Assembly: GCA_003156715.1 (NCBI GenBank)
Contig: PMHO01000038.1
Span: 21,891 to 61,717 of the forward strand
DNA length: 39,827 nt
Direction of reading: 5' to 3'
Source of the DNA: Vulcanimicrobiota bacterium
GTDB taxonomy: Bacteria > Vulcanimicrobiota > Vulcanimicrobiia > Vulcanimicrobiales > Vulcanimicrobiaceae
Shown one piece after another: positions 1 through 8,177 of the stretch. The notes beneath the pieces are model-generated. The model was given only the letters and a program-made list of their open reading frames with translations. It was not told where the DNA came from and ran no database searches. Position numbers and translations under genes: made by a program. The number at the start of each line of letters is the position of its first letter. The stretch's first letter is position 1.

Positions 1-475
1 GCCCGCCCCAAACGACGGTGTGGGGCGGGCCGTCGGTCGTCGCGTGGCCGATCATTCGCGCCTCGAGCGCTTGCATCGCGTAAAAGCAAGCCGTTCCAAA
101 GTGGTTCGAGTTGCGAACGGCGACGACGCCCACGCCATGTTGCGTGGCAAGCTCGATCGCGCGCTGCATCCCGAAACGCGCCGAAACCAAGCCCAAGCCG
201 TTATCCGCGTCGAGCACCGCGGTAGCGCCCCGGCCGCCGACGAAGGCCAATCTCGGCCGCGCGTTGACGAGACCTTTGGCCAAACCACGGAGATAACGCG
301 GCACAAAACGCGTACCGTGACTGTCCATTCCGCGCAGATCGGCGAGAACGACGATCTCGGCAATCCCGGCGGCTTGCATGGGAGGCACTCCGGCGCAGAC
401 GAAGAGCTCCGCAACGTAGCTCTCGAGCTCTTTGTGATCCACCATCCGCGCCGCAGACTCGCTCGTTTGCATCAT
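1..475 (-). CDS. Ldh_2-family (malate/L-lactate/sulfolactate/ureidoglycolate-type) NAD(P) dehydrogenase, N-terminal 158 aa only; the gene runs off the left edge
   Basis: Hand translation of the - strand in the frame starting at ATG 475-473 gives MMQTSESAARMVDHKELESYVAELFVCAGVPPMQAAGIAEIVVLADLRGMDSHGTRFVPRYLRGLAKGLVNARPRLAFVGGRGATAVLDADNGLGLVSARFGMQRAIELATQHGVGVVAVRNSNHFGTA... This is typical of the Ldh_2 fold. It is missing from the ORF track because there is no stop codon inside the window. The upstream half of track ORF 20..1528 is antisense to this gene. Confidence 0.75.
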   Translation of the reverse strand, partial: MMQTSESAARMVDHKELESYVAELFVCAGVPPMQAAGIAEIVVLADLRGMDSHGTRFVPRYLRGLAKGLVNARPRLAFVGGRGATAVLDADNGLGLVSARFGMQRAIELATQHGVGVVAVRNSNHFGTACFYAMQALEARMIGHATTDGPPHTVVWGG

Positions 476-628
476 CGCCGTATCCCCATAAGCTGCACCA
501 CGTCGACTTTCCGAGCATTTCCGGCAGCGTGCGAGCGACACCTTGACATCGGAATGGTCGTAAAGTACTTTGGTCTGACCAACACGCCGGCCGCGTCTGC
601 GCGCGCGGCCGTTGAGAGAGGCTGTGCA

Positions 629-1528
629 ATGGGCGAGCAGATCGGTGTCGCGGGCCTCGGGAACATGGGCGGCGGCATGGCGCGCAGGCTGCTCTCGAGC
701 GGCTACGACGTCATCGGCTATGACCCGGTCGCGGCGGCGTCGCGCACCTTTGAGGAGGCCGGCGGAACGAGCGTCGCTTCGGCGGCCGAGCTCGCGGCGC
801 AGGTCTCCGTGCTGATCAGTTGCTTGCCCGATCCGGCCGCGGTGCGAGCGCTCTTTCTCGGCGAGAGCGGGATCCTCGCCGGCGCGGGGCCTGGCCTAAC
901 GGTCATCGAGACGAGCACGATCGATCCGTTAACGATCGGGGAGATCGCGAAGGCCTGTAACGATCGCGGCATCCAGCTCATCGACGCGACGCTGAGCGGA
1001 CAACCTCCACAGGCGGCAGCCGGCGAGCTCACCTTCATGGTTGGCGCCCCAGGTGCATTACTCGAAGCGCAACGCCCACTTCTTGAGAAGCTCGCAAAGC
1101 AGATTCACCACACGGGCGGCGTCGGCACGGCCAAGACGGTGAAGCTGGTCAACAATCTGATGGCGCTGGGAAATATCGCGGTGGCAGCCGAGGCGTTTCT
1201 GCTCGGCCTGCGCTGCGGAATGGACGCGAAAAAACTGTACGACGTCCTGTCGACTTCCGGAGGACGGTCGCATCACTTCAACTACGATTTTCCACGCGTC
1301 ATCGAAGGCGATTTCCGGCCCGGATTCAAGACGCAGTTGGCTCTTAAGGATATCCGTCTGATCATCGATCTGGCAGACAAGGAAGACTATCGCGTCGTCC
1401 TGGCCCCCGTGCTCGAGTCGCTATACGCGGTTGCGGTGGAAAGCGGACACGGCAACGAGCACTTCGCCTCGGTCATCAAGGTCTATGAATCCTGGTCGAA
1501 CCCGAAGACGCCGGCTCCGCACCGATGA
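629..1528 (+). CDS. HIBADH-family NAD(P)-dependent beta-hydroxyacid dehydrogenase (3-hydroxyisobutyrate / tartronate-semialdehyde reductase type)
   Basis: The internal ATG at 629 begins MGEQIGVAGLGNMGGGMARRLL (a Rossmann GxGxxG N-terminus). Further in are GAPGALLEAQRPLLEKLAKQIHHTGGVGTAKTVKLVNNLM and KDIRLIIDLA, both typical of HIBADH/GarR/MmsB. The track ORF 20..1528 is a 5' over-extension. Confidence 0.85.
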   Translation: MGEQIGVAGLGNMGGGMARRLLSSGYDVIGYDPVAAASRTFEEAGGTSVASAAELAAQVSVLISCLPDPAAVRALFLGESGILAGAGPGLTVIETSTIDPLTIGEIAKACNDRGIQLIDATLSGQPPQAAAGELTFMVGAPGALLEAQRPLLEKLAKQIHHTGGVGTAKTVKLVNNLMALGNIAVAAEAFLLGLRCGMDAKKLYDVLSTSGGRSHHFNYDFPRVIEGDFRPGFKTQLALKDIRLIIDLADKEDYRVVLAPVLESLYAVAVESGHGNEHFASVIKVYESWSNPKTPAPHR

Positions 1529-2712
1529 GCGGCGCCGGGCCTTGCCGCATCTTCCTTGTAGCGCTGGGCGCCGACGGCGACGGAGCGGCCGCGCGACTGC
1601 AGACGGCCCTCGAGAAGGCGACGATCGATGCGACGTATCGTTCGGATTCTGCGGGCGCACGGGAGTCGGCTGCAGCGTTGGGCGGCGCACGGGACGTTCC
1701 GGTCCTGGTCGATCCGCGTCTGCGCGATCTGGACGCGACGCGTGGCGAATCGGTCGCCGGCGCTCTCGAACGCGCGTGGCCTGCCTTTTGCGAGCTGGCC
1801 CGCGCACACCAAGAAGGGACGGTTCTGGTCGTCAGCCACCCTGCGATCGTACAGGCCCTGCTGTGCTCCGTAACGGAGGCGGGCGAACCCAACTATCAGC
1901 GTTTTGCCGTAAGGCCGCTGGGTCTGACGATGGTGGAGGTCGGAACCGACGGGCGCGGCGTTTTGCGCGCGCTAAACGCGAACCTCGACCCGAATGCGAT
2001 CGCGCGAAAGGCACCGGCCACGCGCGTGCTAATGATCCGCCACGGGCACGCGATGAGCGTTGAAAAAGGCGCCCCGGCGTACAGCCACAACCCCATACCG
2101 CTGAGCCGGCTGGGAGAGGAACAGGCGATGCGGGTGGCAGCAGCCCTGAGCACCGTCCAGGTCGACGGCATTTTCAGCTCGGATATCGTGCGAGCGCGGC
2201 AGACGGCGGAATTCTGCGGACGCGCTCTTGGGCTGGAAGTCGTAACCGACCGTAGCCTGCGCGAGCTTGCGCTCGGCGAATTTGAAGGAATGACTCTCGA
2301 GCGCGTCCATGCCTCCCATCCGGCGTTCATCCCGTGGCTCGAGGTCGTCTTTCGAAACCGTTTCCCCTCGGCTGACTTCCATCACCCCGCCGACCTGCGC
2401 TTCCCGAACGGGCAAAGCGTGCTCGACGTCCATGACAGCTCGCTGGCGGGCGTTCTTCGCATCCTCGAGACCGAACGCGGACGAACGATCCTCCTCGTTT
2501 CGCACGGCTGGGTTCTGCAGCCGCTGATCTGTCACATCGTTGGCGCCGATCCGCAGGCATACTATCGCTTCACCCTTCCGACCGCTACCGTAGCGATGGC
2601 GGAGGTGGAAGCCGACGGTCGCGGCGTACTCGAAATCTTCAACGGGGGCGTCGCCCTCGAGGACCTGCCAAAGCTCACCGGCGCCGATGGGAGACTTGCC
2701 GATGTCCGCTGA
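1525..2712 (+). CDS. Tandem histidine-phosphatase (phosphoglycerate-mutase superfamily) protein. The N-terminal repeat is degenerate and the C-terminal repeat is catalytically intact.
   Basis: The second half has RVLMIRHGHAMS (the RHG motif), SSDIVRARQTAE and LLVSHGWVLQPLI. The first half starts CRIFLVALGADGDG, so it has no RHG, but it keeps LVVSHPAIVQALL. The start overlaps the upstream stop as ATGA at 1525-1528. Confidence 0.8.
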   Translation: MSGAGPCRIFLVALGADGDGAAARLQTALEKATIDATYRSDSAGARESAAALGGARDVPVLVDPRLRDLDATRGESVAGALERAWPAFCELARAHQEGTVLVVSHPAIVQALLCSVTEAGEPNYQRFAVRPLGLTMVEVGTDGRGVLRALNANLDPNAIARKAPATRVLMIRHGHAMSVEKGAPAYSHNPIPLSRLGEEQAMRVAAALSTVQVDGIFSSDIVRARQTAEFCGRALGLEVVTDRSLRELALGEFEGMTLERVHASHPAFIPWLEVVFRNRFPSADFHHPADLRFPNGQSVLDVHDSSLAGVLRILETERGRTILLVSHGWVLQPLICHIVGADPQAYYRFTLPTATVAMAEVEADGRGVLEIFNGGVALEDLPKLTGADGRLADVR

Positions 2713-3331
2713 CGTAAGCGACGAGAAGACCTACGCGGTTCTCACCGCCATCTTGCTCAAGAAAGTGAGCGACGCGAGCGCGCTGTCGGAGGCGACGGGA
2801 CTGCCACTCGACGATACCGGGCGCATCCTGGGCGAGCTCGAGAAGAGGCAAGCCGTTTTCTCCATGAACTCGAGCGTCATGGCGACCGAAAGCGGGACGG
2901 CGCTCGTCAAGGAGATTGCGGCACGCAACTACGGCGAACTGCGAGGCGACCCCGAACTCGAGCGCTGGCACGCGCGCTTCGAGCCGCTCAACCGGCAGTT
3001 CCTGAGCGCCGTCACCGCGTGGCAGACCGTCGATGTCGGTGGTACGAAACTGAGCAACGATCACAGCGACAGCGAATACGACGACAAGGTACGCTCGCGC
3101 CTCGATGGCCTCGTCAATAAGATGAGCCACCTGCTCGAGGAGATCGGCGCCAAGGTCCCACGCTTGCTGCGCTATCGCGACCGGCTAAACGGTGCGCTCG
3201 ACAAGAGCTATGCGGGCGACTCGCGATTCATCTCCGACGTGCGCGTCGATTCCTTGCACACCGTCTGGTTCGAGATGCACGAAGACGTTCTGCTGGTGCT
3301 GGGTAAGGAACGGACCGATGCCGGCGGCTGA
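2687..3331 (+). CDS. Hypothetical protein, about 210 aa; the start may instead be ATG 2702
   Basis: It overlaps the end of the phosphatase gene by 11-26 nt and the start of the PPDK-like gene by 14 nt, which suggests translational coupling. The N-terminus (TYAVLTAILLKKVSDASALSEATGLPLDDTGRILGELEKRQ) looks winged-helix-like, and I recognise no catalytic motif. Confidence 0.5.
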   Translation: MGDLPMSADVSDEKTYAVLTAILLKKVSDASALSEATGLPLDDTGRILGELEKRQAVFSMNSSVMATESGTALVKEIAARNYGELRGDPELERWHARFEPLNRQFLSAVTAWQTVDVGGTKLSNDHSDSEYDDKVRSRLDGLVNKMSHLLEEIGAKVPRLLRYRDRLNGALDKSYAGDSRFISDVRVDSLHTVWFEMHEDVLLVLGKERTDAGG

Positions 3332-5888
3332 CGCGCCGCCGGTCGCGCCGGACCAGCAGCAGCCGGCGCGCGTGCTGACCTTCGAAGCGGGAGACCACCA
3401 CAACGTCGACCTGCTCGGCGGAAAGGGCGCGGGGCTGGTGCGCATGACGGCGGCCGGTTTACCCGTGCCGCCGGGCTTCATCATCACGACCGAAGTTTGT
3501 CGCGAGCGACAACGTGAGGGCCGCTTGCCGTCCGATCTGCTCGACGAGATCGCTCGGTACATGCGGGTGCTCGAAGGACGAACCGGCCGAGGTTTCGGCC
3601 ATGGCCCGGCACCGCTGCTCGTTTCGGTCCGTTCGGGCGCGCCCGTCTCGATGCCAGGCATGATGGAAACGATCCTGAACCTCGGCCTCAACGCGCAAAC
3701 CGCCGAGGCGCTGGCGCGCGAGACGGGCGATCCGCTCTTTTCAGCGACCGTTTTCGTGCGCTTCATGCGCATGTACGGCGAGATCGTCCTCGGCGCAACC
3801 GGCGAGGCAGTCGATCGTGCGGCCGCGCCGCTGCTGGCGACGTTGCGTGACCGTCCCGATGCTGTCTCGATGCGGGCGCTTTCCGATGCCTGCCAGGCCG
3901 CGTTGCGCGAGGACTGCGGCGACGAGGTTCCCGCGGATGCCTTCGAGCAAGTCGCCGGGGCAATCGGCGCCGTTTTCGATTCGTGGAACTCGCGGCGCGC
4001 GATCACCTACCGTAATTTCCACGGGATCGCGCACGATCTCGGAACGGCGGTCGTGGTGCAGGCCATGGTGTTCGGCAATCTCGGTACGCCGTCCGGGACC
4101 GGCGTCGCGTTCTCGCGCGATCCGCTGAGCGGCGAACCGACCCTGTTCGGCGAGTTCCTCGAAGGCGGCCAAGGTGAAGACGTCGTGGCGGGAACGCTAA
4201 CGCCGCAGAAGATTGCGCAGGCCGCCGCGCGCTTTCCGGAACTGTTCGCCGAGTTCGAGGGCGTCGCGCGCCGCCTCGAAGAGCTGTACCGCGACGTCGT
4301 CGACATTGAATTCACCGTCGAGCGCGGGAAACTGTTCATCCTACAGGTGCGATCGGCGAAGCGCACGGCCCAGGCGGCACTGCGCATTGCGGCCGACTTC
4401 CTTACGGAAATGCGCTTGAGCGAGGCCGACGCGCTGCGCAGCGTTACGCTTGCGCAGGTGCGACAGGTCGGGCGGCCTGGTTTCGAACCCGCCGCGGTCG
4501 CGCGCGCAAAGTCCGAAGGAAGGCTGCTCGGCTCCGGCATCGGCGCGTCGCCTGGACAAGTGAGCGGCCGGGTCGCCCTCGATCCCGACCGGGCCGAAGC
4601 TGCAGCAAAAGGATCGAACGGGGCGGGCTCGATCATCTTAGTGCGCCCGACGACGAGCCCGCACGACCTTCACGGCATGATCGCGGCGCGAGGCATCCTG
4701 ACCTCACTGGGAGGCGCGACCAGTCACGCCGCCGTGGTCGCGCGCGCCCTCAACAAGGCGTGCGTCGTCGGCTGCGACCGTTTGACGATCGACGCGGAAA
4801 AGCGCCGTTTCCGCCTCGACCAAACATGGTTCGACGAGGGGGACGAAATCTCGATCGACGGCGCCACGGGCGAACTTTTTGCGGGCGCTCTCCCGGTCGT
4901 CCCGGGCGGCGCGTCGACGCCGCAGATCGAGGCATTGCTGGCCGTTGCCGATCGGCTCGCGCGCTGCCGCATCTTCGCCCGAGTCGCAACCACCGCTCAG
5001 ATCGCGACCGCGCTTGCGTGTGGCGCGACGGGCGTCGCGATCCGCTTGGGCGACGTCTTGACGACGTCCGGCAAGCTCGGCGAATTTATCGACGCGGCGC
5101 TGGCACAACGCGAGGGCAGTTCGGCCGTCGTCCAGATGGCGCAAACGCTCGCGGATTTGCTCGCGCCGCTGCTGGCCGCGTCCGGCCACGCCGACTTCGC
5201 GCTGCGCGCGGTCGATCTCGCTACCGGAGAGGCCACCGAACTCTTGCGAACGGTCGATCTGTTCGCACGCGAGCCGCGGCTGGCGCTGCCCCTGGGCGTA
5301 CCGGAGTTGATCGAGGTGCAGGTGCGGGCCATGGCGCTTGCGATCGAACGCGCGGGCTACGGCGGCAGCGCGCAGTTCATCGTACGGCATATCAACGATC
5401 CAAGCGAAATGCGCGAGCTGCGGCGCATCGCAAGCGCTGCCTCGGGGAGCGGGCGCGCCGCCATCGCGGCAGGCGCCACAATGACGAGCGTTCACGGCGC
5501 CCTGCTCGCATCCGAAATCGGCCGGCATGCCGACGTGCTCTGGCTCGAAGCGCGCAGCCTGATCGCCAACGCCCACGGTTACCCTTCCACGCTGATGCTG
5601 ACCGCCGATCCGCTCGACGACTACCTGCGCCGGGGCCTCTTGAGCGCGGACCCGCGCACGACCCTCGACGAATCGATGACGCGGCTTTTTCTCAGCGTGG
5701 CGGGCGCTGCCGTGAGCAACCCGGAATGTCGCATCGGCATCCGCCTTTCGGGGCAGCTTTCGGAGCAAATGGTGGCCACTCTCTTCCGCAGCGGTTTCCG
5801 TTCCTTCATCGTCGATCCGGACGAGGTTCGCGTTGCCCGCGTCGCGCTCGGACGCGAAGCCGCCGCGATGAACCCGGCGAACGGGTAA
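3318..5888 (+). CDS. Pyruvate,phosphate dikinase-like PEP-utilising enzyme. It has a canonical N-terminal ATP-grasp domain and phospho-His swivel domain, and a divergent C-terminal domain.
   Basis: Three PPDK hallmarks are present. LLGGKGAGLVRMTAAGLPVPPGFIITTEVC and PLLVSVRSGAPVSMPGMMETILNLGLN are PPDK_N hallmarks. GSIILVRPTTSPHDLHGMIAARGILTSLGGATSHAAVVARALNKACVVGC is the swivel domain with the catalytic His. The ~380-aa C-terminus lacks an obvious GTNDLTQ/Cys motif. The start is ATG 3318, and track residues 3192-3317 are not protein-like. Confidence 0.8.
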   Translation: MPAADAPPVAPDQQQPARVLTFEAGDHHNVDLLGGKGAGLVRMTAAGLPVPPGFIITTEVCRERQREGRLPSDLLDEIARYMRVLEGRTGRGFGHGPAPLLVSVRSGAPVSMPGMMETILNLGLNAQTAEALARETGDPLFSATVFVRFMRMYGEIVLGATGEAVDRAAAPLLATLRDRPDAVSMRALSDACQAALREDCGDEVPADAFEQVAGAIGAVFDSWNSRRAITYRNFHGIAHDLGTAVVVQAMVFGNLGTPSGTGVAFSRDPLSGEPTLFGEFLEGGQGEDVVAGTLTPQKIAQAAARFPELFAEFEGVARRLEELYRDVVDIEFTVERGKLFILQVRSAKRTAQAALRIAADFLTEMRLSEADALRSVTLAQVRQVGRPGFEPAAVARAKSEGRLLGSGIGASPGQVSGRVALDPDRAEAAAKGSNGAGSIILVRPTTSPHDLHGMIAARGILTSLGGATSHAAVVARALNKACVVGCDRLTIDAEKRRFRLDQTWFDEGDEISIDGATGELFAGALPVVPGGASTPQIEALLAVADRLARCRIFARVATTAQIATALACGATGVAIRLGDVLTTSGKLGEFIDAALAQREGSSAVVQMAQTLADLLAPLLAASGHADFALRAVDLATGEATELLRTVDLFAREPRLALPLGVPELIEVQVRAMALAIERAGYGGSAQFIVRHINDPSEMRELRRIASAASGSGRAAIAAGATMTSVHGALLASEIGRHADVLWLEARSLIANAHGYPSTLMLTADPLDDYLRRGLLSADPRTTLDESMTRLFLSVAGAAVSNPECRIGIRLSGQLSEQMVATLFRSGFRSFIVDPDEVRVARVALGREAAAMNPANG

Positions 5889-5894
5889 CGCGGC

Positions 5895-8177
5895 GTGCTC
5901 GTGCCGCAAGCGCTTCGTGCGCGTCCCAAACCCTCCCAGCCGGCCCGCATGTCGGCCGCCTCGATCGAACGCGCCTTGCGCAGGTTGGCGGTTGCGGCAG
6001 AGCGGGGCTACCATGTGTTGCTTAGCGAGGCGGAAGAAATATTTGCTGGACTGACCGGCTCGAAGCGCGCGCGCGTTTTTCTCTACGCCGGCGGCTGTTG
6101 GCGCGCGTGGGATTCGATTGAAAATGCGGCAGCAGACAACGCCGCGACGTGGCCGCAGTCCGAGCCGTCGACCTGGAACCGAATCGCCGAACTCAACGGC
6201 GACCAGTTCGTCCCGGTGCGCGCCGGGAGCCTTGCCGTGTTGCTCGAGGGGCCGCGCGGCGGTAAGGAGGGCGAGCACGTCGCGGGCATTGCCGCGGCTG
6301 CCTTCGACCTAGCGCTGACCGCTTGCCAGCGCCGTTCGCTCTCGAGCGACGAGAGCGACGAGATCGGCGTCATGCAGCGCCTGGCGATGCGCATTCTCAA
6401 GAGCCGCAACCTGCAAGAGATCCTGCTCCTGATCACGCACGAAACCAAGCAGCTGCTGGGGGCCGACATCTGCGGCATCATGCTGCGCGAAGGCGATGCG
6501 GTCGTGATGCAGCGCTGCGTCGGAAACTTTTCGGCCGATACGGCATCGCTGCGCATGCAGGCGGGTCAAGGCCTTGCCGGGCGCGTGTTCGAGACGAAGA
6601 AACCTTGTCACGTCGAGCACTACCTCGAGAGCAACCTGATCAGCAAAGACTTCATGCACCTGGCGCGCATCGAGATGGTGCGCTCGGCGCTCGGCGCACC
6701 GCTGCTCTCGCAGGACGACGCAATCGGCGTACTCGAGGTCTGGCGCCGCCAAATCTCGAAGTTCGACGAGCGCGACACGCGGCGGCTCGTCATGCTCGCG
6801 AACTTGACCTCGGTCGCGATCGAGAATGCCCGCCTCTCGCAAAGCCTCGAAAGCAACATGCTCGAGCTAGCCGCAGCCAACGCAGCGTTGATGGCGCGCT
6901 ACGAAGTGGTCCGCGCTTCGGCGGGCTTTCAACACGAACTGATCCGCTTGCTGCTCGAAGGCAAGAGCCTCGGCACCATCGCCGCCAAAGCGGCAGAGCA
7001 CGTCGATGCCGAGGTGCTGATCCTCGACGCGAACTTCGAGATCGAGGGTGCCTCGCCGGCGTGCGAGCGACTTTCCGACCGGCTGCGCGAACAGATCAAA
7101 GCGGCGCTGCGCAAGGCGCCTTCGAACGGTCCCGAGACGACCGCCGCAATGCTGGAAGGAAAGCCGGCGCTGCTCCAACCGGTCGTCGCCGCAACCGAGC
7201 GGCTCGGTGTGGTCGTCCTTCGACGGCAAACGCCGCTCGATCAAAACGCGCAGCTTGCGCTCAGCCAAATCTGCATCGTGACATCGCTGCACCTGATCGA
7301 GCGCCGCGCCGCCGCGCGCGCCCGGGCGGAGACGCTCGGTGCCGTCTTGTGGGACCTCTTGGAAGGGACCGATGACGTCCGGCGCTCGGCTGCGGCCCGC
7401 GCCCGCGACCTGCGCGTCGACCTCGAGGGAGGCCACCGCGTGTTCCTGTGCGCCCTCGACGGCATCGAACAGCAGGCCAATAGCGAGGGCTGGAGCCCGG
7501 GCGAAATCAGCGTACGGCGCAGACGCATCGCACAGACCTACCGCACGGTCGAAGACCTGGAAAAATCGGTGAAGCTCTCGGGCGCGCGCGCCAACTTCGT
7601 GGCGCTGGTTTGCGGGGGCGAGGCGGTTCGCGATGCGGAGCGTTTGGGAGCCAAGCTTGCGGCTGCCATCGCCGCGAACGTCACGGGACTCTCGGTCCAG
7701 GTCGGCATCAGCACGCCGTGTATCGGCCCGGCCTCTTTGAGCGCGGCGTATCGTGAAGCCAAAATATCGCTCGAGGTGGCCCGCCAGCGCGGCCGCGTCG
7801 CGGCGGCCTGTTACGAGGATGCAGGGATCGTCGGCATGCTGCTGAGCTTGCGCGCGGAGGCTGACGTCAAGAAAGTCGTGCACACGATCTTCGGGCCGCT
7901 GCTCGAGGAGAAAGCGCAGACCCGCGACCTGCTGTTCGGAACGCTCAAAGCCTTTTTCGAGCTAAACTGCTCGCGCCGAGCCGCCGCGAAAAAGCTTCGC
8001 GTCCACGAAAAGACGATCGTTTACCGGCTGGCGAAGATCGAATCGCTCACGGGTCTCGACTTCAGCAAGCACGAGAAGCGTCTCTTGGCGGACATCGCCT
8101 TGCAGATGTACGGCATGTCGGCGGAACGCGTCGCTTCAGGGCTTCCTTGGATCGATAACGACCTTCATCGCCCGTAA
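5895..8177 (+). CDS. Transcriptional regulator with a central GAF domain and a C-terminal PucR/CdaR-type HTH
   Basis: The C-terminus FGTLKAFFELNCSRRAAAKKLRVHEKTIVYRLAKIESLTG is a PucR-type HTH. The central region (MQRLAMRILKSRNLQEILLLITHETKQLLGADICGIMLREGDAVVM...) is GAF-like. Its 3' end overlaps the convergent ADH gene by 42 bp. Confidence 0.8.
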   Translation: MLVPQALRARPKPSQPARMSAASIERALRRLAVAAERGYHVLLSEAEEIFAGLTGSKRARVFLYAGGCWRAWDSIENAAADNAATWPQSEPSTWNRIAELNGDQFVPVRAGSLAVLLEGPRGGKEGEHVAGIAAAAFDLALTACQRRSLSSDESDEIGVMQRLAMRILKSRNLQEILLLITHETKQLLGADICGIMLREGDAVVMQRCVGNFSADTASLRMQAGQGLAGRVFETKKPCHVEHYLESNLISKDFMHLARIEMVRSALGAPLLSQDDAIGVLEVWRRQISKFDERDTRRLVMLANLTSVAIENARLSQSLESNMLELAAANAALMARYEVVRASAGFQHELIRLLLEGKSLGTIAAKAAEHVDAEVLILDANFEIEGASPACERLSDRLREQIKAALRKAPSNGPETTAAMLEGKPALLQPVVAATERLGVVVLRRQTPLDQNAQLALSQICIVTSLHLIERRAAARARAETLGAVLWDLLEGTDDVRRSAAARARDLRVDLEGGHRVFLCALDGIEQQANSEGWSPGEISVRRRRIAQTYRTVEDLEKSVKLSGARANFVALVCGGEAVRDAERLGAKLAAAIAANVTGLSVQVGISTPCIGPASLSAAYREAKISLEVARQRGRVAAACYEDAGIVGMLLSLRAEADVKKVVHTIFGPLLEEKAQTRDLLFGTLKAFFELNCSRRAAAKKLRVHEKTIVYRLAKIESLTGLDFSKHEKRLLADIALQMYGMSAERVASGLPWIDNDLHRP

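Noticed and set aside
1-30. A perfect 10-bp inverted repeat (gcccgcccca...tggggcgggc) that looks like a terminator hairpin
   Set aside because: It lies inside the Ldh_2 coding sequence (codons for ...VVWGG) and has no U-tract. It is probably a coincidental GC-rich palindrome.
20-628. The 5' part of track ORF 20..1528 (502 aa), fused upstream of the HIBADH gene
   Set aside because: Its translation is Arg/His-rich and not protein-like. The opposite strand in another frame encodes a clear Ldh_2-family dehydrogenase N-terminus. The HIBADH Rossmann motif begins exactly at the internal ATG 629.
4704-6278. Long antisense and alternate-frame ORFs across the PPDK-like and PucR genes (4704..6278 -, 4760..6025 +, 6323..7375 +, 6867..7883 -)
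   Set aside because: They have Arg/Gly/Pro-dominated low-complexity translations typical of high-GC antisense frames. The + strand frames carry unmistakable PPDK and GAF/PucR motifs instead.
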